Shown: positions 20,020 to 27,752, numbered from the stretch's first letter. The stretch: DNA of 32,000 nt from Prochlorococcus sp. MIT 0801 (GCF_000757865.1 NZ_CP007754.1:1650001-1682000), one strand, 5' to 3'. Numbers and translations: made by a program. Notes: generated by a model not told the origin, from the sequence alone.

Positions 20020-20202
20020 GTGAATAATCTAGAAAATTCACTCAGCGATAGAGTTTTTAAGTTGCATAGAGCAAATAAATTTCTCCATAAAGCACATCTG
20101 ATGAAAGCAGATGCGTGGCTCAATATAAACCGACCAAAACCAGCAATAAACTTCTATAAAGCTAAACGCTCAGCAACTGAGTTGAATCGAATATGTGGAT
20201 AG
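20020..20202 (+). CDS. Small basic hypothetical protein (60 aa, GTG start)
   Basis: Track ORF only; it is Lys/Arg-rich. A truncated look-alike start (GTGAATAATCAAAGAAAT...) occurs at 26331. Coding status is uncertain. Confidence 0.3.
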   Translation: MNNLENSLSDRVFKLHRANKFLHKAHLMKADAWLNINRPKPAINFYKAKRSATELNRICG

Positions 20203-20325
20203 GGAAAAGCAATTTTCCTCCCTACTTTTCCCTCCTAAGCTATAAACTGTTAATTGAGACCTTTAGTCTCATATCCTTACTACAAATGGTCAGAGGATTA
20301 CTAATTTAAAAATACCTAGAGAATT

Positions 20326-20913
20326 ATGGAATCTGATGATAAATATAACAAAGAGCAAAAGGTCTTCAGGATAAAGACATTTACTGTTCCCTTTTCTTTG
20401 GAAAAGATTAAGGAAAATATGCATATTAATACTCATACTTCATCAAATCCTTCAAAAGAAACAATCATTACAAAAGCATTTCAATTTCATTCAGAAGGTA
20501 ACATTTCAGAAGCATCAAAATATTATCAATATTTTATTAATCAAGGATTCAAAGATCATAGAGTTTTTTCAAATTATGGAAGTATTTTGAAAGATCTAGG
20601 AAAATCAAAGGAAGCAGCAAACTTATTACGTAAAGCAATTACAATTAACCCTAAATTTGCTGCTGGACATTACAATCTTGGGAACATGTTGAAAGAAATG
20701 GGCAAGTCAAAAGAAGCAATTTTGTGTTATAAAGAATCACTTTTATGCTATAAAGAAGAAATTAATTCCGATAAAAATATTGATAAAGTCAAAAATAATC
20801 TAGGTGATCTACTATTAAAAAATGGCAATTTAAAAGAAGGCTTATTATATATAAGAGAGGCAAATGGGTCCATTATTCTTAATTATAAAAAATCTAGCAT
20901 AATCATTAATTAA
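20326..20913 (+). CDS. Short TPR protein (paralog B) with no catalytic domain
   Basis: It shares the N-terminal module with paralogs A, C and D; 120 of 122 nt are identical to A across AFQFHSEGNISEASKYYQYFINQGFKDHRVFSNYGSILKDL. Its TAA stop directly abuts the ATG of the next gene, in the same frame. Confidence 0.8.
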   Translation: MESDDKYNKEQKVFRIKTFTVPFSLEKIKENMHINTHTSSNPSKETIITKAFQFHSEGNISEASKYYQYFINQGFKDHRVFSNYGSILKDLGKSKEAANLLRKAITINPKFAAGHYNLGNMLKEMGKSKEAILCYKESLLCYKEEINSDKNIDKVKNNLGDLLLKNGNLKEGLLYIREANGSIILNYKKSSIIIN

Positions 20914-21513
20914 ATGAATAAAGTATTTATCAATAAAAGTAACCTACATCCTCATTTTATTGGCTCTTGGATTATGGACGAATTATCTATATGTAAAGGT
21001 CTTATAAATTATTTTGAACTAAATTCAATTAAACATATTAAAGGCAGAATAGGGGGTGGAATTGATCCTAATACGAAGGATAGTATTGATATTGTTATTC
21101 ATCCTAAAGATATTTTATTGCCAGGTAATGAAATTTTTAAAAAATATCTTGATGAGCTTTTTAATTTCTACAAAAACTATTTAGATGAATGGCCTTTTTT
21201 AAAGGAAATGACTCAAGTATTAGAAATTGGTTCATTCAATCTTCAAAGATATAAACCTGGTCAACATTTTAAAAAAATACATACAGAGCGGGCCAGTATA
21301 GATAGCTCTCATCGTGTTTTTGCTTTTATGACTTACTTAAATGATGTTAAAGAAGGAGGTTCAACATATTTTAGTCATTATGATCTTGAAATACAGCCTA
21401 GAGAGGGATTAACGTTAATTTGGCCCGCGGAATGGACTCACGCACACAGAGGTAATACATTAATAAAAGGTTCAAAATATATCATAACTGGTTGGATAAA
21501 CTTTGCTAATTAA
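20914..21513 (+). CDS. 2OG-Fe(II) oxygenase, prolyl-4-hydroxylase-like
   Basis: KIHTERAS (HxD/E), FMTYLNDVKEGGSTYF, PREGLTLIWPAEWTHAHRG (distal His) and GSKYIITGWINF (2OG-binding Lys context) follow the P4H-type double-stranded beta-helix pattern. Confidence 0.8.
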   Translation: MNKVFINKSNLHPHFIGSWIMDELSICKGLINYFELNSIKHIKGRIGGGIDPNTKDSIDIVIHPKDILLPGNEIFKKYLDELFNFYKNYLDEWPFLKEMTQVLEIGSFNLQRYKPGQHFKKIHTERASIDSSHRVFAFMTYLNDVKEGGSTYFSHYDLEIQPREGLTLIWPAEWTHAHRGNTLIKGSKYIITGWINFAN

Positions 21514-21659
21514 TCCCAATTAATTATTATATTTTCTAATTTTTGTATATAAAAGATATTTTAATTAATATCCTATATGAATTAGATTCATAGCTTAAAT
21601 TATAAGTAATATTTTACCTTAAGAGATAAACATTTAAACGAAGATTAGCATCATAGAAT

Positions 21660-21738
21660 CCTTTAACATTACAACATATTTGGTCATTTGGACTTATACG
21701 GATTCACCCAACCTTAATAGGAACGTAGAGGAAGTTCG
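21660..21738. repeat. Degenerate copy A of the tRNA-Ser 3' end plus downstream-flank repeat
   Basis: ...CAACATATTTGGTCATTTGGACTTATACGGATTCACCCAACCTTAATAGGAACGTAGAGGAAGTTCG aligns with 26711-26797 and with 28150-28224. Confidence 0.55.
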
Positions 21739-22094
21739 CTAGTGGCAAACCAAAAAGAACGACAGCGAAAGGAAATGAACTAATAACTACCTGAGAAATA
21801 CATATATTGCCTCCAAAGCAGGAAAGGCAGAGTGAGTCGGAAGATATTCTTGCTCACTAAAACTTCAGAAAGTTCCAAAAGAAGAGTTAACGCAAATCAT
21901 TAACTATGGATTAAAGGACATAACTAAGTTGGATGACTTCAATCAAGTATTGGATTAGGGAAAACAGTTCTTTTTATCAAGCAAGAATTCTTCATCTAAC
22001 TATATGACTTAAGTCACAATAATCTCAGGAAAAGTTTGAAGTACCAATTAAATTGAGTAGTAGAATTAATGAAATTAGAAGTCCTTAGAAGATA

Positions 22095-24647
22095 ATGGAA
22101 TCTATTGATAAAGATCAAGGAAAAAATAAGATCACTAAAATTAAAATATACCCAGTTCCATATGAGTTAGAAGAAATCAAAGAAAATCTTACTATTGTTA
22201 TCAATACTTCATCTAAAGATTCTAAACAACAAGTAATTAATCAGGCATTTAACTTTCACTCAAAAGGAAATATAGCACAAGCACTAAAATATTATCAACA
22301 GATAATAAATCAAGGATCTAATGATTATAGAGTTTTTTATAATTATGGGTTAATACTAAAAGATCTTGGGAAAGTAAAAGAAGCAGAAGTATCACTTCGC
22401 CGCGCAATTGAAATTAATCCTGATTTCGCTAATGCATATTTAAGTCTTGGAAATTTATTAAGAGGTCTTAGGAATTTTAAAGACGCAGAAATATATACTC
22501 GCAAAGCAATTGAAATCAATCCAAACTTCGCAGAAGCTCATTCCAATCTGGGAAGTATCTTACAAGATATTGGTAAATTAAAAGAAGCAGAAGCATCACT
22601 TCACAAAGCCATTGAACTCAATACTAATGTAGGAGAGGTTCATTATAACTTAGGGATCATTTTAAAAGATCTTGGTAAAATACAAGAATCTGAAAAATCC
22701 ACTCGCAAAGCAATTAAGATTAATCCTAACTTTGCAAATGCTCATATGTATTTAGGAACCATATTAAAAGATCTTGGCAAATTAAAAGAAGCTGAAAAAT
22801 CCACTCGCAAAGCAATTGAAATCAATCCTAACTTTGCAAATGCTCATATGAATTTGGGAACCATATTAAAAGATCTTGATAAATTACAAGAAGCAGAAAT
22901 CTCTACTCGTAAAGCCATTGACATTAATCCTAATTCCGCAGAGGTTCATTACAACTTGGGAATCATATTAAAAGATCTTGGCAAATTAAAAGAAGCTGAA
23001 AAATCCACTCGCAAAGCAATTGAAATTAATCCTAATTTTGCAGTTGCTCATAATAACCTGGGAGATATATTAAGAGCTCTTGGGAATATACAAAAGTCTG
23101 AGTTATCAATAAGAAAAGCTATTGAAATAAATCCTAATTTAGCTTTTGCTCACTTGAATCTGGGGAGAATATTAGTAGATCTAGACAAATTAAAAGAAGC
23201 AGAATTATCTACCAAAAAAGCTATTGAACTCAAACCTGAACTAATAATGGCGCATTTCAATCTTGGAATTATTTTTATAAATCTTGGGAAATATGATGCT
23301 GCTATAAATTGCTATAAAAAAGCTATAAAGTTAAACAATTCTTTCTCACCAGCAAAGGTTGGATTACTTGAATCTAAAAAAGATATATGTGACTGGAGTG
23401 ATCAAAAAGCTGATAATACTTGGATTAAGACTCTTGGTTTTGAAGGTGACGCTGTAATTCCATTCCCTTTCTTCTTTTTTGAAGATAATCCTTTAAAAGA
23501 TTTAAAAAGAGCCCAAAACTTCTATAAACAAAATTTCAAACAAAATGCTGTTAATTTACCTATTTTCAAAAATAAAAGAATTCATATAGGTTACTTCTCT
23601 TCTGACTTTAAAGATCACGCAACTATGCATCTAATTGCTTCTATTTTTGAATTACACGATAAATCAAAATTCAAAATATATTTATATTCATTTACTCCTA
23701 GAGAAGATATATATACAGAGAGAGCTAAACAATCTGGATGTTTTTTTAGAGATATAAAAAATTTGAATACTATTGAAGCTGTTGAATTAGCAAGGAGAGA
23801 TAGACTCGATATAGCTATAGATCTTAAAGGTTATACTAAACATTCTAGAATGAATATCTTTTCATCTCGAGTAGCTCCTATACAAATAAATTATCTTGGA
23901 TATCCAGGATCTCTGGGTGCAGAAACTATTGATTATATAATTGCTGATAATATTTTAATCCCAAAGGAAAAGGAAAGATTTTATTCTGAAAAAATTATAC
24001 GAATGCCAAATTGCTATCAATGTAATGATAATAAAAAAGAAATTTCTAAAGAATCTATTTCCCGTAGAGATTTTAAACTGCCTGATAAAGGATTTATATT
24101 TACTTGTTTTAATTCTAATAAAAAAATATCTCCAAAAGAATTTGATATTTGGATGAGATTACTTAAAGAAGTAAAAGGAAGCGTACTATGGTTATATAAA
24201 TCTAATACTTGGGCAATTCAAAACCTATGTAAAGAAGCAGAGATAAGAAATATTGATTCAGATAGATTATTTTTTGCTAACAAGCTTCCATTAGAAAAAC
24301 ATTTAGCCAGATATTCTCTTGGTGATTTAGCACTTGATACTTTTAACTGTAATGGTCACACTACGACCTCAGATGCTTTATGGGCAGGTTTACCAGTTCT
24401 AACAAAAATTGGAGAAAGCTTTTCTGCAAGAGTATCTGCAAGTTTACTAACTTCTCTAGGGATTCCAGAACTCATTACACATAATGAGAAAGAATATGAA
24501 GAGAAAGCTATTCACATAGCAAATAATCCTGATGTCCTCAAGAACCTAAAGTCGCAAGTAATTACTTTGAGGAATAAATCACCACTTTTTAATTCAAAAT
24601 TATTTACAAAGAATCTAGAAAGTAAATTCCTGGAACTTGTAAAGTAA
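22095..24647 (+). CDS. TPR-repeat protein fused to a GT41 (O-GlcNAc transferase / SPINDLY-like) domain (paralog C)
   Basis: About 11 TPR units are followed by GT41 hallmarks: IHIGYFSSDFKDHATMHLIASIFELHD and LDTFNCNGHTTTSDALWAGLPVLTKIGESFSARVSASLLTSLGIPELI. Confidence 0.9.
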   Translation: MESIDKDQGKNKITKIKIYPVPYELEEIKENLTIVINTSSKDSKQQVINQAFNFHSKGNIAQALKYYQQIINQGSNDYRVFYNYGLILKDLGKVKEAEVSLRRAIEINPDFANAYLSLGNLLRGLRNFKDAEIYTRKAIEINPNFAEAHSNLGSILQDIGKLKEAEASLHKAIELNTNVGEVHYNLGIILKDLGKIQESEKSTRKAIKINPNFANAHMYLGTILKDLGKLKEAEKSTRKAIEINPNFANAHMNLGTILKDLDKLQEAEISTRKAIDINPNSAEVHYNLGIILKDLGKLKEAEKSTRKAIEINPNFAVAHNNLGDILRALGNIQKSELSIRKAIEINPNLAFAHLNLGRILVDLDKLKEAELSTKKAIELKPELIMAHFNLGIIFINLGKYDAAINCYKKAIKLNNSFSPAKVGLLESKKDICDWSDQKADNTWIKTLGFEGDAVIPFPFFFFEDNPLKDLKRAQNFYKQNFKQNAVNLPIFKNKRIHIGYFSSDFKDHATMHLIASIFELHDKSKFKIYLYSFTPREDIYTERAKQSGCFFRDIKNLNTIEAVELARRDRLDIAIDLKGYTKHSRMNIFSSRVAPIQINYLGYPGSLGAETIDYIIADNILIPKEKERFYSEKIIRMPNCYQCNDNKKEISKESISRRDFKLPDKGFIFTCFNSNKKISPKEFDIWMRLLKEVKGSVLWLYKSNTWAIQNLCKEAEIRNIDSDRLFFANKLPLEKHLARYSLGDLALDTFNCNGHTTTSDALWAGLPVLTKIGESFSARVSASLLTSLGIPELITHNEKEYEEKAIHIANNPDVLKNLKSQVITLRNKSPLFNSKLFTKNLESKFLELVK

Positions 24648-24899
24648 TATAAGCAGTCATACTAGTAAGTTTAGGTGATTATGAACTCGTCTGAATCTAA
24701 TTAAAAACTGAGAGAAAGTCCATTATTGGAGAACCAGAATGAACTGGGACGCAAGGGGATGGAAGGTCGAGGCGGAAAAAAGCAATATTTCCCCCTACTT
24801 TTTTCCCTACGAAGTAAAGATGTTAATCAACAGAAAATTATTGTCTTAACAGACTAAATTAACTCAATGTATTTCCCAATGGGGACTTCCTAAGAGATT

Positions 24900-26276
24900 A
24901 TGGAATCTAGTAGTAAAAATCAAGAGAGGGAAAAAGTCATAAAAATAAAGACATTTACAATTCCATCTTCTTTGGGAGAGATCAAAGAAAATATTATAAT
25001 TAATACTGATACTTCATCTAAACATTCTAAAGAGGAAGAAATCTATCAAGTCTCTAAGTTACATTCACAAGAAAACAAATTAGAAGCAGCAAACTATTAT
25101 AATTCCTTAATCAATCAAGGGTCTAATGATTATAGAGTATTTTCTAATTATGGAGTAATATTAAAAGATCTTGGCAAATTAAAAGAAGCTGAAATAACTC
25201 TGAGAAAAGCTATTAAGTTAAACCCACATAACCCAAAGGATTATAAAAATTTAGGAAGTATATTAGTGAATCAAGGTCAATTAAAGGAAGCACTAATAGA
25301 AGTAGAAAAAGCAATTAAAATAAATCCTAATTATGAAAAAGCTCATCTTAATCTAGGAGTTATACTTAGATACAATGGACAAATAAAAGAAGCAGAATTA
25401 TCATTCCGCAAAGCACTAGAAATTAAACCTGATTACGCAGATGCTCATTATAATTTAGGAATTATTTTAAAAGATAGTGGTAGATCAAAAGAGGCAGAAC
25501 TATCATTCCAGAAAGCCATTAAAATTAAACCAAATTGGGAAGCAAGTTTCCTCTATTCGAGTATTCTTTTTGATAAAAAAGATTTTGATGGCTCCCTAAG
25601 TAATCTTCAAAGAATAAAATCTAGCGTAACCTCGGGTAATTTAAAGACAGTCCAAGCAGCAATAACAGCAATCAATTTAACTAAAAAAAAATCACTCAAT
25701 AAAAATCAATTAGACTCCTCAAAAACCTCAAAGTTATTAAAGGAAGAAAAGTTTAATCGACTGATTTTAAAACGACCAGTAGAGAAAGAACTTCTATCGT
25801 ATCTATATAAACTAAATACAATTTTACTAGACAATACAGATCCAAACGATTCGAGATACGGAAAAGGTTTATGCTCAGATTTTAATTTATTTGAAGATAA
25901 TTCACAAATTATTAGAAAGTTAGAAAGTGATCTAATAGAGATATCAAAAAGATCACTTAATAAAAAAAAACTAATAATTACTGACTCATTTTTTAATATT
26001 TTTATTTCAGGTTCTGGATCAAGAAGACATCACCATATTGGGAAACAAGATATGAACTTTGGACTATATTTTCATAAATATTCATTAGTATATTATCTAG
26101 ATATAGGAGATCAAACTTCTCAAAATCCAGGCGTACTTAAATTATATAATCCTGACGAAGAGATACTACCCTCAAACGATATGATTATCATACTTAATAG
26201 TACAAAACTTCATTCAGTTTCATATGTTGGAAAAAAAGATAGAGTAATGGTAGGTATTAATTTCTATGCTTTCTAA
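24900..26276 (+). CDS. TPR-repeat protein fused to a putative 2OG-Fe(II) oxygenase domain of the cyanobacterial/cyanophage type (paralog D)
   Basis: It has the shared N-terminal module plus about 4-5 TPRs. The C-terminal RRHHHIGKQD...SLVYYLDIG...GVLKLYNP...ILPSNDMIIILNSTKLHSVSYVGKKDRVMVGINFY fits an HxH/D...H...R jelly-roll pattern. Confidence 0.7.
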   Translation: MESSSKNQEREKVIKIKTFTIPSSLGEIKENIIINTDTSSKHSKEEEIYQVSKLHSQENKLEAANYYNSLINQGSNDYRVFSNYGVILKDLGKLKEAEITLRKAIKLNPHNPKDYKNLGSILVNQGQLKEALIEVEKAIKINPNYEKAHLNLGVILRYNGQIKEAELSFRKALEIKPDYADAHYNLGIILKDSGRSKEAELSFQKAIKIKPNWEASFLYSSILFDKKDFDGSLSNLQRIKSSVTSGNLKTVQAAITAINLTKKKSLNKNQLDSSKTSKLLKEEKFNRLILKRPVEKELLSYLYKLNTILLDNTDPNDSRYGKGLCSDFNLFEDNSQIIRKLESDLIEISKRSLNKKKLIITDSFFNIFISGSGSRRHHHIGKQDMNFGLYFHKYSLVYYLDIGDQTSQNPGVLKLYNPDEEILPSNDMIIILNSTKLHSVSYVGKKDRVMVGINFYAF

Positions 26277-26665
26277 GAAGAAATAATTTAACTTGATTAA
26301 CAAATAGTTAATTCAATAGCTACAATTAATAGTGAATAATCAAAGAAATCTACGAAATATCAGATTTCCTTAAGTCACCCAGTATTTTATTCCTATTAAT
26401 TACCTTTTTTTGTCCCCAACATATACTCCAACTTCGTGTCAGAATGAGAATTCTGAGGGACAGTCTTTCATCTAAGCCTTTTATAGAATCTAATTAGTAA
26501 TCTTTAACCCCTTCAAGGACTGAAATGACAAGAGGAGGGAGGATAATAGAGAACCCTATAACCTGAAAAACACTACCCACAACGCAGCACCCGAAATAGA
26601 CCGACATACCTGAAACCCGCATCCCTTCAGCGATCTCACTTTCCCCCTACTCAGTGCAAGGAATC

Positions 26666-26797
26666 TATGGCACACTTACTGAGAGCCTTGGACTGCCTGA
26701 TCTTCTAATTCCTTACTGGCAACATTTTTTTCTGTTTCTTGGACTTATATGGACTTGCCCGAACCAATTAAGAACAGAGAGGGAGGACTTTTGAATG
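26666..26797. repeat. Degenerate copy B of the tRNA-Ser 3' end plus downstream-flank repeat
   Basis: TATGGCACA...ACTGGCAACATTT...TTGGACTTATATGGACTTGCCCGAACCAATTAAGAACAGAGAGGGAGGA parallels 28105-28224 (TATGGCACA...ACTGGCATTT...TTGAGTCCTTATGAAGCACCCTGAACCAAAATAAATACGGAGAGGGAGGGA). Confidence 0.6.
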
Positions 26798-26854
26798 ACA
26801 CCAAGTGGACTGTGGTGGAGCAGCATGACGCAAGTGGATGAGATTTTGGGGTTA

Positions 26855-26880
26855 TTCCACCCAACATTCCACCCAACACA
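26855..26880. repeat. CACCCAACA repeat block, left (TTCCACCCAACA x2)
   Basis: The 21-mer CACCCAACATTCCACCCAACA at 26858-26878 recurs exactly at 28071-28091. Confidence 0.85.
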
Positions 26881-26928
26881 TTTAAAATGTTATTTAAGGA
26901 TCACAATTACTGTCTAAAATATACTGTC

Positions 26929-26975
26929 AAAATTAAAAGAGGGACTCAAGATCGCTGAAGCAGCAGGGTCCCTTT
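26929..26975 (-). terminator. Possible terminator for the minus-strand small-ORF pair
   Basis: On the minus strand, GGGAC-22 nt-GTCCC is followed by TCTTTTAATTTT, 15 nt after the stop at 26990. The loop is long, so the structure is only moderately convincing. Confidence 0.45.
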
Positions 26976-26989
26976 CTTAATGCAAGAAA

Positions 26990-27160
26990 TCAAGGTTTCC
27001 AATACTCATCCCATTCATCCTGAAGTTCTTTCTGCGATAAAGAGTTGTAGAAACCTCTCCACTTCTTTTCTGAATTTGCGTCAGTTGCACTCAATGACAC
27101 CATTAGATCTATTCCTTCTTCTTTGGTAAAGGATTTGCCTTGATTTGATTTGAATATCAC
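26990..27160 (-). CDS. Possible small ORF: 56 codons from GTG at 27160, or 37 codons from ATG at 27103
   Basis: Hand translation gives VIFKSNQGKSFTKEEGIDLMVSLSATDANSEKKWRGFYNSLSQKELQDEWDEYWKP*. The GTG directly follows the TAA of the upstream ORF (TAAGTG). Confidence 0.3.
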   Translation of the reverse strand: MIFKSNQGKSFTKEEGIDLMVSLSATDANSEKKWRGFYNSLSQKELQDEWDEYWKP

Positions 27161-27391
27161 TTACGAAGCAATCTCTTCCCAAGGATCACGTGAAGACAGT
27201 TCCTTGAATGGTATCAATTTAAAATCACCTCTCCTGATACCACTACAGATCAATCCATCTGGATGTTCTCTCTTAAATATTTCAACTGCATCTTCTTTTC
27301 GTTCTGATGGAATCGTGACTTTATAAATCACATCACCTGAATCACGAATCTTATAAACAAAAATCCAATCATATTCTTTACTATCCATCAT
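27161..27391 (-). CDS. Hypothetical small protein (76 aa)
   Basis: Track ORF with an ATGATG start. Its composition is balanced and non-repetitive. I recognise no family. Confidence 0.5.
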   Translation of the reverse strand: MMDSKEYDWIFVYKIRDSGDVIYKVTIPSERKEDAVEIFKREHPDGLICSGIRRGDFKLIPFKELSSRDPWEEIAS

Positions 27392-27515
27392 CAGTTCATG
27401 CTGACTAACTTTGTTTTAACTCACTTTGGTCTGATGAACCAATTACACAAATAGAAACAGGTGTTTTCTCTCATGTTCCAATGATTTTGTTTGATTAGAA
27501 ATGGGTTGGAGTTCT

Positions 27516-27736
27516 AGCACTTGTCTTCCCGTAGGTCAGGGAAGTGGTTAGTAAAGAAAATGGATTGTTCACACGGATACACAAGTGCTGAACTTAAAGG
27601 GGGCAACCAAAATCTTGCCCCCTTCTTTAATGGAAAATTTATTGGTTGACCATCTAGACAAAAGCAGTATATTTGTACTAGTTCAATCCCCGTCACAAAC
27701 AACAAAGGAACCACCAGTGAGCAGGTGGTTTTTTTG
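27516..27736 (+). ncRNA. Candidate structured small RNA ending in a strong intrinsic terminator
   Basis: Nested hairpins are AGCACTTGT(27516)/ACAAGTGCT(27581), CTTCCC/GGGAAG (27525-27544) and AAGGGGGCAA/TTGCCCCCTT (27597-27624). The terminator AACCACC-agtgagca-GGTGGTT plus T7 sits at 27709-27736. There is no credible plus-strand ORF. Confidence 0.3.
27709..27736 (+). terminator. Rho-independent terminator (plus strand)
   Basis: A 7-bp GC-rich stem and 8-nt loop are followed by TTTTTTTG. Confidence 0.75.
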
Positions 27737-27752
27737 TCTCTTGAAATAGAAA

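Noticed and set aside
21983-22016. Perfect palindromes AAGAATTCTT (21983-21992) and TGACTTAAGTCA (22005-22016) upstream of TPR paralog C
   Set aside because: Palindromes of 10-12 nt are expected several times by chance in 32 kb of AT-rich DNA. They are not repeated upstream of the other paralogs.
26625-26960. 11-nt inverted repeat CTTCAGCGATC / GATCGCTGAAG about 315 nt apart, considered as terminal inverted repeats of a MITE
   Set aside because: An 11-mer match within a few hundred nt is expected by chance a few times per window. There are no target-site duplications and no further extension of the pairing.
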